IMG/VR virus record: IMGVR_UViG_3300045953_000138
Location: 1-26,125 of that record
Source: a virus
Lineage: Duplodnaviria; Caudoviricetes
Length of the DNA: 26,125 nt
Direction: 5' to 3' (one strand)
Positions 9,685 to 18,770 of the stretch are shown piece after piece. Below the pieces are notes generated by a model. It saw only the letters and a list, made by a program, of their open reading frames with translations, had not been told where the DNA came from and searched no databases. The translations under genes were made by a program, and so were the position numbers. Position 1 is the stretch's first letter. Each line of letters opens with the position of its first letter.

Positions 9685-10581
9685 TCAAACCCCCGGCGGG
9701 AAATGCGCGTATGGATGCGTGGGCGGCAGCAGGCTCGGCAGGCGCGCATCGTGCGCCAGCCAGCCTTCCATTTTTTCCTGATCGGAGAGCGCGAGAAGGT
9801 CGGTCACCAGGATATGGCGGACGATGCCGCCGAAGAGGTTTGCCGCCGATGTGGCCGTGTTCGCCCCGATGCGCAGCCGCGTCGCGTCGGTGTTGAGCGT
9901 TGCGTCGTCCGTTCCGGCCTGCGCGCCGTTCTGCCGCAACGTGAACAGCGCGGCATCGAAGCGGGCGCCCAGGATGCCGAAACCACCAAACGAGCCGCCG
10001 TTGACAAGACCGCCGCTGCCGTCGTGCATCTGCGCCAGGCCGCCCGAGCGCCGCACGGTACGGAAGCTGGCGGCGGCGCCGCCATATCCGAAAACGGTTA
10101 TCGTCGACCCGGATGTGCGCCGCGTTAGCGTCCACACTTCGCACGGCACGGCGCCGACCGGCAGGCTGCCAGTCCCGACCAGCGTCAACTGGTCGTCGAC
10201 GCCATCGAACGTCACACCGCCGACGCCGTTGAACGACGCCCAGCCCGCGACCGGCTGATTGGCCGGGCTCGCCTGCACGGGCGTATTGCCGGCAATGCGG
10301 TCGGCCCAGGCGCTAGCCGGCCCCTCGCCCAGATCGTCGGCGTTCCACCATGCCAGCAGACCCGCCCCGAGATCGGCCGGCGTCCACAGCGTGGCCGGGG
10401 CATCGGGCCAGTAGCCTTCGTCGATATGCTGGCGCACATCGGTGAGAAGCCGCACGAACTCGGCCGTGCTCATGCCGTCGGCGTCAACCGCGATCTCGAC
10501 GCTGCCGCCCTGGGCGGAAGCCGCCGCCACGACGGCGGTTTTCTGGCCTCCCTGCGACAGGCTGAAGTAGCGCACGGCCAT
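9685..10581 (-). CDS. Putative virion decoration protein: paralogous N-terminal module plus LamG/ConA-like domain
   Basis: WTPADLG..LLAWWNADD..W.D, FDGVDDQL and the C-terminal EGWLAH..LP..HPY pattern resemble phage LamG-like lectin domains. Confidence 0.6.
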   Translation of the reverse strand: MAVRYFSLSQGGQKTAVVAAASAQGGSVEIAVDADGMSTAEFVRLLTDVRQHIDEGYWPDAPATLWTPADLGAGLLAWWNADDLGEGPASAWADRIAGNTPVQASPANQPVAGWASFNGVGGVTFDGVDDQLTLVGTGSLPVGAVPCEVWTLTRRTSGSTITVFGYGGAAASFRTVRRSGGLAQMHDGSGGLVNGGSFGGFGILGARFDAALFTLRQNGAQAGTDDATLNTDATRLRIGANTATSAANLFGGIVRHILVTDLLALSDQEKMEGWLAHDARLPSLLPPTHPYAHFPPGV

Positions 10582-10582
10582 C

Positions 10583-11323
10583 TCAGAACTTATCTCCGAG
10601 GGCGCGCCAGCGGGTGTTGATCTTCATCAGCTGGATGGTCTGGACGCCACCGAGCACCACATCCACTCCGCCAGAGAAGACGAACCTGTTCGTGCTTGTG
10701 GAGGAGGCGCTATCGTTCTTGAGGGTGATCGCGGTCGAGGTGGTGTTGTGCAGGACGAGGAGGCGCCCAGTGTTGCCGCCCTCCGGCGCTATGCCGGTGA
10801 TGTTCACCGGCGTGGTTGCGCTGATCAGCCAGACCGCAGCGGCGGCGCCTGCGTCCGGCGCCCAGTTGTTCACGTCGGCGGTCAGCGCCGCTGGCGTGAT
10901 GACTGAGGAGAGCCGCAGGTAGCCGGTGAAGTTGGGCGAGGCGAGCGGCGCCTTCAGCGCCAAATCGGCGACGAGGTTGGTGACATCCGACTGCGCGTGC
11001 GTGTGCGCGGCCGTCACATAGCCCTGCGCCTTCACGAACGCCGTGGTCGCGATGCTCGTGTCGTTATCGGCCGTGGCCGGCGTCGGCGCCTGCGGATCGC
11101 CGGTGAACGCCGGCGAGGCGAGCGGGGCTTTGAGATCGAGCGCGGCCTGTGTGGCGTCGCCGACCGGCTTGTCGGCGTCCGCGGTGTTGTCGACGTTGCC
11201 TAGACCGACTTGCGGCGCCGTCACCGCATGCGGGTTGTCGGCGCGCAGCCGCGCATAGCTCGGGAACCCTTCGCGGGCGCGCGAGGTGTAGGGAACATCG
11301 CTCGACCAGTGCCGGCTCGGCAT
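10583..11323 (-). CDS. Fibre-like virion protein
   Basis: Start reassigned to MPSRHW (ATG at 11323, GGAG upstream). NPHAVT..QVGLGNVDNT.DADKP, KAPLASP.FTG (twice) and DTSIATTAFV are fibre repeat motifs. Confidence 0.7.
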   Translation of the reverse strand: MPSRHWSSDVPYTSRAREGFPSYARLRADNPHAVTAPQVGLGNVDNTADADKPVGDATQAALDLKAPLASPAFTGDPQAPTPATADNDTSIATTAFVKAQGYVTAAHTHAQSDVTNLVADLALKAPLASPNFTGYLRLSSVITPAALTADVNNWAPDAGAAAAVWLISATTPVNITGIAPEGGNTGRLLVLHNTTSTAITLKNDSASSTSTNRFVFSGGVDVVLGGVQTIQLMKINTRWRALGDKF

Positions 11324-11338
11324 ATTCCTGCTCCCAGG

Positions 11339-11442
11339 AAAAAGATCAGGGCGCAAACGGCTGCGCCCCAGTCTGGCACTAACGAAAGGGCGTTGCGCCC
11401 GTCTTGACGTTAACGAAAGGGCGTTTACGCCCGTCTTGACGT
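11339..11442 (-). terminator. Tandem hairpins / putative terminators after the capsid-decoration genes
   Basis: Two copies of a 31-32 bp unit (11380-11410, 11411-11442), each with GGGCG-loop-CGCCC followed by TTTCGTT on the minus strand. A third GGGCGCA..TGCGCCC hairpin precedes TTTTT. Confidence 0.6.
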
Positions 11443-11949
11443 TTACTGCGTGTACTTGACCGACACGGCGATCGTGCCGGCGGCGTCGGCCGCCGCAGTG
11501 AGCGTGAGCACCACGTCGTAGTTGCGGCCAGGATCGGACGCGAGCCCGAGCTTCTGCCACACCGCCTGCGTCGAGGTGGCGACGGTATAGACGCCAGACT
11601 CGTACATCTGATTGGTGGCGGCAACGATCGCCGCCGAGCCGAGCGCTAAGCCTGAGCAGAACAGATCGGCGTCGGCCGCAGCCCCGCCGTTCTGCGTGGT
11701 CTGGTACAGCCCGAGATCGCCGGCCGTCGTGGTGCCGATGTCGGGCGCATCGATGCCAACATGCTTGATGACGGCATTCGAGGGCACTTCGCAGATCAGG
11801 TACTTTGAGGCGATGCTGTCGCCGGACGCGATGGCGACGGTGCCGACGCTTTCCTTGACGTTGGCGCCCGTGAGCGCGCCGGAGCTCAAGACCACCGGCG
11901 TGGCATCGCGGTTCGAGATCTGTGTGGATTTTACCGTAACGACTGCCAT
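11443..11949 (-). CDS. Putative capsid cement/decoration protein
   Basis: AGGAGG RBS before MAVVTVKS; 168 aa, beta-rich; immediately downstream of the capsid gene. Confidence 0.65.
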   Translation of the reverse strand: MAVVTVKSTQISNRDATPVVLSSGALTGANVKESVGTVAIASGDSIASKYLICEVPSNAVIKHVGIDAPDIGTTTAGDLGLYQTTQNGGAAADADLFCSGLALGSAAIVAATNQMYESGVYTVATSTQAVWQKLGLASDPGRNYDVVLTLTAAADAAGTIAVSVKYTQ

Positions 11950-11959
11950 GATTGCCTCC

Positions 11960-12844
11960 TTATTCCGCACAGATGATTTCGATCACCTTGCCTTCCTCCA
12001 GCCGCGTCGCGCCGATGGTGGCGACGGAATAGAGTTGGTAAGGCTCGTTGCGCAGGTCGTGGCGGGTCGACACCGAGTGCCGGATGTCCTGCCAGGTGCC
12101 GAGATGCATGCCCGACTTCGCCCACGCCGGCACGCGCCGGAACGTAGAGGCATTGAGCCCGAGCCGCTGGGTGTTGACGAAGTTGAACCCCATGAACGAG
12201 GTGATCCGTCCGTCCACCAGCACCGGCCGTGTGTTGTAGTCGAGCGAGATCGCCTGCTGCTCGCCGAGCAGGTCGTCATGCTGCTGCGCCGTGATCGCGA
12301 CGTAGAGCGTGTCGGCCTCGACGTCGACCTCGTTGGTCATCAAGAGCCGCTTGGCCTCGCGCAGTTTCGCGATGGTCAAGCCGGTATTGCTGGCGCCCCC
12401 GTAGTCGACGGCGACCTGGTTGGCGGCAGGGAAGGACGTTGTGGTGGCGCCGGTTTCCCCGGTCTTGGCGTCGCCGAAGAAGGCGGCGATGATTTCATCG
12501 TCCATGGCGCGGCCGAGCGCATAGGTCGCGTTCTCGGTATAGGCCGATTTCGGATCGATGATCAGCCGCAGCATGTCGAGCGTGTCGATCAGCTGCGGGA
12601 CGTCGTAGTCGGCGGGGAACACCCAGCGCCGGTCGGTGGGAGCGTCGATGCGCGGCATCGGCGCGAACCGCGAGGAGACGCGGGTTGCTGCAATGGCGCC
12701 GATCTGGTCGACCGGCGAGGCCTGCTTGCCGACCGCGCTACCGTTCATCACGGTGTTGCGGAGCTTTGAGCCCTTCTGTTGCAGCAGCAGATCGACGTTC
12801 GTGGAGAACGTCGAGACATAGTTGTTGATGAGATTGGCAGACAT
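11960..12844 (-). CDS. Major capsid protein
   Basis: GGAGG RBS before MSANLINNYV. LLQQKGSKLR, ALGRAMDDEII, FMGFNF and GATRLEEGKV motifs of podoviral capsids. Confidence 0.9.
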   Translation of the reverse strand: MSANLINNYVSTFSTNVDLLLQQKGSKLRNTVMNGSAVGKQASPVDQIGAIAATRVSSRFAPMPRIDAPTDRRWVFPADYDVPQLIDTLDMLRLIIDPKSAYTENATYALGRAMDDEIIAAFFGDAKTGETGATTTSFPAANQVAVDYGGASNTGLTIAKLREAKRLLMTNEVDVEADTLYVAITAQQHDDLLGEQQAISLDYNTRPVLVDGRITSFMGFNFVNTQRLGLNASTFRRVPAWAKSGMHLGTWQDIRHSVSTRHDLRNEPYQLYSVATIGATRLEEGKVIEIICAE

Positions 12845-12880
12845 TCCTGCCCTCCGATGAACTGAGTTGCGTTCGTCGAA

Positions 12881-13079
12881 GGGGTTGCCCGCCGAGCTAG
12901 CGGACCCGCGGATCAAGTCCGGGGGTTGCCCGCGTCGTCACGGACCCGTTCTCGGCGCCTTACGCTGCGCCGTCGTCTCGCCGCGTCTATTCCGCGGATG
13001 TCAGCGGGGCCTTCCGGCTTGTCCGCTTGGGTGGTCGCTTGCGCCGATACGACACGACGGGGCCTTCCGGCTTGTCCGC
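12881..13079 (-). promoter_or_regulatory. Four CAA-bulged hairpin motifs upstream of the capsid gene
   Basis: Perfect 22-bp direct repeat GCGGACAAGCCGGAAGGCCCCG (13005-13026, 13058-13079) and two copies of CGGGTCCG-N7/8-GCGGGCAACCCC (12881-12908, 12922-12948). Confidence 0.55.
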
Positions 13080-13187
13080 CGCATCGTCGACCCAGGCTTC
13101 CAGAATTTGCGCCCGTGCAATGATCTGCTCGGGCGAGAGGTCGCTTCGATAAACCAGCGTCAGCAGCGCGAGCCGCGTCTTGCTCAT
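12987..13187 (-). CDS. Hypothetical protein (66 aa)
   Basis: ORF starts 1 nt after the scaffold stop. Its C-terminal half overlaps the repeat motifs. Confidence 0.5.
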   Translation of the reverse strand: MSKTRLALLTLVYRSDLSPEQIIARAQILEAWVDDAADKPEGPVVSYRRKRPPKRTSRKAPLTSAE

Positions 13188-13188
13188 G

Positions 13189-14115
13189 CTAGCCCGCGCC
13201 GCCGCCGGCGATGGTCTGCAGCCGCTGCATCTCCTCGATCGCAGGCGCGCGCACGCGCGGATCGTCGGAGAGATAGCGCGTCGTCCACTCGCGGCTGGTC
13301 GTCAGCTCCTTGATCTTCGCCTTCGCCGCTTCCGCGGTCATCAGCATGTGCGCCCGCTGTGGATTGTTCGGGAAGGTGTCCTCCGCCACCTCATGCGCGC
13401 GCTTGTGCAGAATTTCCAGGAACCGTTTGGTGCCGAGCGCGCGCTCGATCGCGAACCGCTCTGCGTCGGAGAGGCCGTCATGGTCGAGCACCCGCTTCAT
13501 CATCGTCATCGAGCGCTCGTAGGCCTGCCCCTGCCGGCGCTCGAACTCGGACCATTCCTGCCCCGCTTGCGCCTCGAACACCTCCTGCGCGGCGCGCTGC
13601 TGCTCGACGGCGTAGCTCTGGTATTGCTGCGCCAGCCGCTCGGCCTGCCGCTTCGACAAGCCCGCCTCGTGGAACGCCGTCTCGGCCCAGGCCGTGAAGC
13701 CCTTGTCGGCGCCCTCGATCGCCGAGAAGCCGTAGCCGTCCGCCTGCTCCGGCCGCCCGAGCCGGTTGTAGAGCGTGTCCCAGCCCGCCACGTCGTCCGC
13801 GTTCGACGGCACGATCACGCGCTCCTCGCTGCCGAGCAGCCGTTCGAGGTTGCGGTAGGACGCCATTGCGGTCGGCGCATCGGCGAAATTCTTCGCGCCG
13901 AGCCATGTCAGCGTGTCGGCGTCCTGGATGCCGAGCTTGCCATACCAGGCGCCCTCCGGTGCCGTTGTGACCATCGGCGATCCGCTCGCCGTGGCGCTGG
14001 GCGCCGCCGCCGACGGCGCGCCGCCGCTCGTGAGCAGCGCCGACGGTGTCGTTGGCGCAGCCGCTCCCGTTCCTGCAGCCGGTGTGGCTGCGGGTGTTGC
14101 CGTCGCTTCCGCCAT
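13189..14115 (-). CDS. Capsid scaffolding/assembly protein
   Basis: Ala/Pro/Thr-rich N-terminus, SYRNLERLLG, YNRLGRPE..DGY and HEAGLS..QA motifs; lies between portal and capsid. Confidence 0.8.
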   Translation of the reverse strand: MAEATATPAATPAAGTGAAAPTTPSALLTSGGAPSAAAPSATASGSPMVTTAPEGAWYGKLGIQDADTLTWLGAKNFADAPTAMASYRNLERLLGSEERVIVPSNADDVAGWDTLYNRLGRPEQADGYGFSAIEGADKGFTAWAETAFHEAGLSKRQAERLAQQYQSYAVEQQRAAQEVFEAQAGQEWSEFERRQGQAYERSMTMMKRVLDHDGLSDAERFAIERALGTKRFLEILHKRAHEVAEDTFPNNPQRAHMLMTAEAAKAKIKELTTSREWTTRYLSDDPRVRAPAIEEMQRLQTIAGGGAG

Positions 14116-14116
14116 G

Positions 14117-14404
14117 TCAGACTTCCTCTCGCTCCGGCTCGGCGGTTTCAATCAGCCGCCGCAACTCGGCGTCCGGCTTGAGCCGGTTCATCACATGCAG
14201 CCAGACCTGCCGCCGCCCCTCAAGCGCCGCCATCTCCAGCGCCGCATTGGTCCCGTCGATCGCCGTGGTGCGGTCGACGCAGCAGAACCGCCGCAGGTCG
14301 GCCATGACGATCGCCGCCGGCGGCGTCAGCTCGCCCCGGTCGCCCACCAGGATCGAACGCCAGCACGACTTGAGCCGCCAGCGCGAGCGCACGAAGTCGA
14401 GCAC
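14117..14404 (-). CDS. Bbp19-like small protein
   Basis: GTG start overlaps the portal TAG. VMADLRRFC...ALEGRRQVWLH motif; usual position after the portal. Confidence 0.7.
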   Translation of the reverse strand: MLDFVRSRWRLKSCWRSILVGDRGELTPPAAIVMADLRRFCCVDRTTAIDGTNAALEMAALEGRRQVWLHVMNRLKPDAELRRLIETAEPEREEV

Positions 14405-16035
14405 TAGCCGCCCTGCGCGATCTGCATCGTTTCCGCCGAGAGCTTGCCGGCCTGGGCGATGTCGCGCGCCGCCGTCGCCCCTGCCGGCACCGCCTGCGCG
14501 ATCTGCATCAGCGCCGCCTGCTGGGCCAGCGCCTCCATCTCGGCCGGCGAGCGCAGCGTCTTCGGCGGCAGCCCGTGCGCGTCGGCGAGCATGTTCAAGA
14601 CCTCGTCGGCGTTGAACCGGGCCATCACTTCCGGGTTGATCTGCGCCAATGGCGCGATGCCCTCGAACGTGCGCTGTAGCGCCAAGGCGTCGCCCGCCCG
14701 CTGCGCCCGCGTCAGCGGCGTCTCGTACTGGATTTCCAGCCCGCCGCTTTCGAGCAGGATTTCCGGCGGCTGCGGCGCGGCATTGGCCGCCGTGATGATG
14801 TCGAGCTCGCGCTGGATCACCGGATCGAGGATCTCGGCCTGGATGCGGCCCGCCACCGGCGAGAGCAGGATGCCCTTCTCCTGCGCCCGCATCAGCACCT
14901 CGGTCGCCGTCATCTGCGGATTGTCGATCAGGATCTGGAACACAGTGACGAAGAACGCGCGGTTGATCGCCTCGCGCACCTGCTGCATCACCTCGAATGC
15001 GACCTGGAATTCTCCCTTCAATTGCAGCGGCTGCACCAGCGCGCGGCCCTGCTCGTCGACCCCGCCGTAGTTGAGCGCATCGGGGCGCACCTGGAACGCG
15101 CGGATCGTGTCGGCGTCCGGCAGCAAGAGCGGCGGCGACACCGAGAGCTGCGCCCCCTTGATGACGGTCTTCGCCATCTCGTTGATCATCTTGATCGAGG
15201 CCAGCACGTTGATCGCCGGCGAGCGTCCGTACACCTCGCGCGGCGTCGTCTGATAGCGCCCGACGCAGTACGGCATCGTGCGGTAGCCGCCCTCCTGCAC
15301 GATCTGCTGCCCGGTAATGCTCACATGGTAGGAAGCGAACGGCATCCCCCGATAGTTGCGCATGCCGCGCTTGATCTCGGCATTCGGCTTGACGCAGTGG
15401 ATGAACTCGAACTCGTGCTCGGGCTCGCGCTCGGCGCGCGTCTTGATCTCGTCGGGACAGTTCTCGCCGTAGGCCTGCACCGCCTGCCTGGCCGTGTATT
15501 TGAACTTGCGATGCACCTTGTCGATCTGCCCGACCGCGTTCTCGGCGAGATACATCTCGACCACGTCGATCGCCTCGTAGCGCGTGCCGACGCCGGGCAC
15601 CTCGTCGACCAGCAGGCAGCCCGGGCCGAACACGCCCATCTCCATGAACACTTCCGCCATCTGGCCGGCGAAGTTGGCGGCCGGGCGGTAGCGCATCGCG
15701 AACACCTGGTCGGCGAGCGCGTCCATGTAGCGCGCGACCTCGGGCTGGTCGTTGAGCGCCTCGTCGCGCACCCGGAACGTATGCCATTTCTGCGAGCGCG
15801 GGCAGCATACGCTCTCCATCGCGGCCGCGAACACTTCCAGCGCCATCGGCGCGGTACTGTCGAACATCAGTTCGTCGCGCCGCTGCGCTACCGTGCGCCA
15901 GTTGCCGGCGGTGACGTCGGCGAGGCGCGGCAGCACGCGGCGCGCGGCATCCTCCCACAGGCCTTCCCAGACCGCGCGATCAGCCGCCATGCGCTCCTGG
16001 TCGCGGATCACCTCTCCCGCGCGATCGTCAGGCAT
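14404..16035 (-). CDS. Portal (head-to-tail connector) protein
   Basis: 543 aa. FDSTA..A...A, EVYGRSPA and MTATEV..R..E motifs of T7-like connectors. Confidence 0.92.
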   Translation of the reverse strand: MPDDRAGEVIRDQERMAADRAVWEGLWEDAARRVLPRLADVTAGNWRTVAQRRDELMFDSTAPMALEVFAAAMESVCCPRSQKWHTFRVRDEALNDQPEVARYMDALADQVFAMRYRPAANFAGQMAEVFMEMGVFGPGCLLVDEVPGVGTRYEAIDVVEMYLAENAVGQIDKVHRKFKYTARQAVQAYGENCPDEIKTRAEREPEHEFEFIHCVKPNAEIKRGMRNYRGMPFASYHVSITGQQIVQEGGYRTMPYCVGRYQTTPREVYGRSPAINVLASIKMINEMAKTVIKGAQLSVSPPLLLPDADTIRAFQVRPDALNYGGVDEQGRALVQPLQLKGEFQVAFEVMQQVREAINRAFFVTVFQILIDNPQMTATEVLMRAQEKGILLSPVAGRIQAEILDPVIQRELDIITAANAAPQPPEILLESGGLEIQYETPLTRAQRAGDALALQRTFEGIAPLAQINPEVMARFNADEVLNMLADAHGLPPKTLRSPAEMEALAQQAALMQIAQAVPAGATAARDIAQAGKLSAETMQIAQGG

Positions 16036-16041
16036 GATGCA

Positions 16042-16500
16042 TCATGATGTCTTGGGGTTTGCCCTGATATAAATCCATTTCGTGTTTGGAGCACGGGGAT
16101 CCAGTTGCAGCTTGAACGCATCCTTGTCGGCGGGAAGATTGCGCAGATATCGATTGATAATCGCCGCCTGCGCATCGTCATAGGTCGAAACAAACCCTTC
16201 GCCGAGCCGGTTCACCCACTCGTCCAATTCCCGTTCGTTCTTGAAATCCGGCACCGTGTTGCGGCTGCGCCAGGGATGGAACAACTTGCTTGCTTCCTCG
16301 TGCGGCAATTCGGGCAAGGCCGCTTCTTCCTCGGTCCTTCCCACACGCGATTGCCCGCTCACATCGGTCGGTCGCGCCTCCTGCCCGCCCACCAACTGCA
16401 TCATCGCGCGCAGCTCCTCCAGCTCCCACGCTGGACGATCGCCCACCATCCCCTGCTCGCGCTGCGCCCGCCAGTAGGCGAGGCCGGGAATATCCACCAT
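16042..16500 (-). CDS. Hypothetical protein (152 aa)
   Basis: ORF is coupled (TGATG) to the upstream gene and fills the gap before the portal. No recognisable motif. Confidence 0.6.
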   Translation of the reverse strand: MVDIPGLAYWRAQREQGMVGDRPAWELEELRAMMQLVGGQEARPTDVSGQSRVGRTEEEAALPELPHEEASKLFHPWRSRNTVPDFKNERELDEWVNRLGEGFVSTYDDAQAAIINRYLRNLPADKDAFKLQLDPRAPNTKWIYIRANPKTS

Positions 16501-16727
16501 CAGCCGACGCCGCCGGAAATGCCGCCGCCGCGCCCGTTGTAGAGCTGCGAGCGCGGGCCGAGCCCGCCGAGGTTGGGCAGCCCGCTTTCGCTGGTGAGCA
16601 CCGTTGCCGCCTGCCCGCGCCGCGCCGTGTTGTAGCGCTCGCGCGCGCGCATCTGCGCCTCATCGATGCGCGGCGGCGGCGGCGGCGCAATCGGCGCCGG
16701 AATGCTCGGCGGTCTTAAGAAGCCCAT
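16500..16727 (-). CDS. Small Pro-rich putative virion protein
   Basis: AGGAGG RBS. PPPPP followed by RRGQAATVLT, typical of the small gene between terL and portal. Confidence 0.7.
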   Translation of the reverse strand: MGFLRPPSIPAPIAPPPPPRIDEAQMRARERYNTARRGQAATVLTSESGLPNLGGLGPRSQLYNGRGGGISGGVG

Positions 16728-16736
16728 CGGCTCCTC

Positions 16737-18071
16737 CTATCCAAAGATCGAATAGCCTTCGGCCACTTGCGGCCGCTGCGTGCGGCCGATCGACGGCGTC
16801 TTGAGGCCGTGCGCGAGATAGCGGAATGCGTCGGCAGCGTGTGAGCAAAAATCATGCAGCGGATGATCCGCGAACACGCGCAGCCGCTCGTCCCACTTGC
16901 GCTGATACTGGCGCAGCGCGGAAATCCCGTCCTTGCACTTCTCCGCGTCGAACACGCACCTGTTGAGCAGCGCCCGCACCGCATTGATGCCGTCGTCGAC
17001 CTTGTACATCGGCAGCACCGTGCCGCGGATACCGAGCCCGGCGAGCGCCTTCACCCGCGTCGTGCCGGTGATCAGTTCGCTCGCCTCGGCATCGTGCGGC
17101 AGGATGTGGTTGTCGTATGCGTAAGGCTTAGACTTTAATACCTTGGCATAGTGATCAAGGCCGTAACCGCGGTTGGCGTAATAGTCGATCACGCGCACCT
17201 CGCGCCCGACCTGCTGCACGAACCAGATCGCGGTATCGTCGCCGATGCCGAGATCCCACGCCGTCGTCACCGCGTGGCCGGCATCGTAGGGAACGCGCGT
17301 GAGCTGCCCGTTCTTCTCCATCTGCGCGAATTGCGCGCCGTAGTAGCTGCCGCGGATGATCGCATCGAACGAGCAGTAGTATTCCTGGCGGATGTAGATG
17401 CCGGCATCCTCGACGTTGCCGAACTCGTCCGCCATCTCTCTGCGCTCGCGCTCGACGATGTGGCTCGGGATCGCGCGCGTGTCCTCCACCGTGAGCAGCT
17501 GCGCGAACCAGTCCGGCTCGCGCCGCGCCATGTTGTAGATATCGACGCCATGATTGCGCCCGCGCGGCGTGTAGATGAACACCGCCCAGCCGCCGTTCTC
17601 GGCGAGGATCGGCCGCACGTAGGACCACGCCGTCGGATCGGCGAGCGCGTATTCGGAGAACACCACGCCGACCGGGTTGGCGCCCACCAGGTTGTCGTAG
17701 TTGTCCGAGCCGACGCATTGCCAGATCGAGCCGTTGATGAGCTCGATCTTCATCTCCTGATCGTTGGTCTTGGCGCGCAAATCGGCCGGGAACGCCTGCT
17801 CGATGAAGCGGACGCCGGATGATGCGATCCCGTCCCACACGATCTTGCGCACCTGACGTTGCGTCGGCGCCATGTGCCAGTAGAGCCCGACGCGCTGCGC
17901 CGCCGACACGGCGGTCCAATTCAGCGTCATGCTGTCCTTGCCGGCGCGACGATGCCACACCAGCACCGCGCGCTTGCCGCCGTTCTGCAAATAGCACCAT
18001 GCCGGCAGCTGGTAGCTGCGCGGATCCCACTCGTTGGGCAGCGTGAGCGTCTTGGCCGGCTGGTCATTCAT
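16737..18071 (-). CDS. terL: Terminase large subunit
   Basis: Walker A-like HRRAGKD, Walker B VVFSEY, TPRGRNH, nuclease WDLGIGDDT and SHAADAFRY. Confidence 0.95.
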   Translation of the reverse strand: MNDQPAKTLTLPNEWDPRSYQLPAWCYLQNGGKRAVLVWHRRAGKDSMTLNWTAVSAAQRVGLYWHMAPTQRQVRKIVWDGIASSGVRFIEQAFPADLRAKTNDQEMKIELINGSIWQCVGSDNYDNLVGANPVGVVFSEYALADPTAWSYVRPILAENGGWAVFIYTPRGRNHGVDIYNMARREPDWFAQLLTVEDTRAIPSHIVERERREMADEFGNVEDAGIYIRQEYYCSFDAIIRGSYYGAQFAQMEKNGQLTRVPYDAGHAVTTAWDLGIGDDTAIWFVQQVGREVRVIDYYANRGYGLDHYAKVLKSKPYAYDNHILPHDAEASELITGTTRVKALAGLGIRGTVLPMYKVDDGINAVRALLNRCVFDAEKCKDGISALRQYQRKWDERLRVFADHPLHDFCSHAADAFRYLAHGLKTPSIGRTQRPQVAEGYSIFG

Positions 18072-18486
18072 CGTAACGCTTGATCGCCGGGCCGCCGCCG
18101 TTGCGATCCCCGCCTTCGCGGGGACGGCCGTTGCTGCTGCTGTCCTCGATCGGCTCGTGCTCGATCAATGCGCTGCCATTGGTCTGCGCGCGACCGTCGA
18201 GGTGGATGATGAATTGCTTGACTTCGAGGTGGATGCCGCCGCCGTTGTTGCCGCGGTGATCGATCGTGGCGAGGCGGGGGTGCAGATAGGGCGCGGCCGA
18301 CTTCGCCATGTCGTCGCGACGCCGCACGGCCGCCATGGGATCGCGCATCACCAGAAGCATGTAATCGATCGGCAGCAGGCCTGCCGAGGCTTGCGCGGCC
18401 TCGATTGCTTCCTCGGTTGCAGCGATGATCCTTGGTTTGTTGCCGGTGCCTTTTTGCCGCCCGCCGGTTTTTCGACCGAGGGCCAT
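18064..18486 (-). CDS. Putative terminase small subunit
   Basis: KTGGRQKGT.NK N-terminus and AKSAAPYLHPRL; overlaps the terL start. Confidence 0.7.
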   Translation of the reverse strand: MALGRKTGGRQKGTGNKPRIIAATEEAIEAAQASAGLLPIDYMLLVMRDPMAAVRRRDDMAKSAAPYLHPRLATIDHRGNNGGGIHLEVKQFIIHLDGRAQTNGSALIEHEPIEDSSSNGRPREGGDRNGGGPAIKRYDE

Positions 18487-18517
18487 GGGGCCGCTCCTTC
18501 TAACCGATCAAACTTAT

Positions 18518-18604
18518 CTATCTGAGCAGATAGGCGATGGCAGCGGCGATGGTAGCGAGGACGGCGGCGACGGCGAGCCACATGAGGATATTGATCGCAT
18601 CCAC
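18518..18604 (-). CDS. Tiny single-TM membrane peptide
   Basis: GTG start 4 nt after the previous stop; (M)DAINILMWLAVAAVLATIAAAIAYLLR. Confidence 0.35.
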   Translation of the reverse strand: MDAINILMWLAVAAVLATIAAAIAYLLR

Positions 18605-18608
18605 CGGC

Positions 18609-18770
18609 TCACTTGCCCCGACCTTTTGCGCTGCCTTTGCGCTCAGGCAGGCGCGCCGGCGGCTTGTGGGCGGTGAATTCCTTGCCGACGGATTTGGGGA
18701 TGCCCAGCGTGGAGCGGCCGTGGGCGGCGGCCTGCATGGCGCGCAGCTGGGCCTTGGATTTGACGGGCAT
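18609..18770 (-). CDS. Small basic phage protein
   Basis: MPVKSKAQLRAMQAAAHG.STLGIPKSVGKEF resembles small ORFs I recall upstream of terminases. AGGAAG upstream. Confidence 0.7.
   Translation of the reverse strand: MPVKSKAQLRAMQAAAHGRSTLGIPKSVGKEFTAHKPPARLPERKGSAKGRGK

Noticed and set aside
14117-15958. 613-aa ORF overlapping the portal
   Set aside because: An alternate-frame artefact. Only the last 95 codons (Bbp19-like, GTG at 14404) look real.
9685-16035. Diversity-generating retroelement, suggested by the BPP-1-like gene order
   Set aside because: No reverse transcriptase and no TR/VR pair with adenine-specific mismatches was seen in this window.
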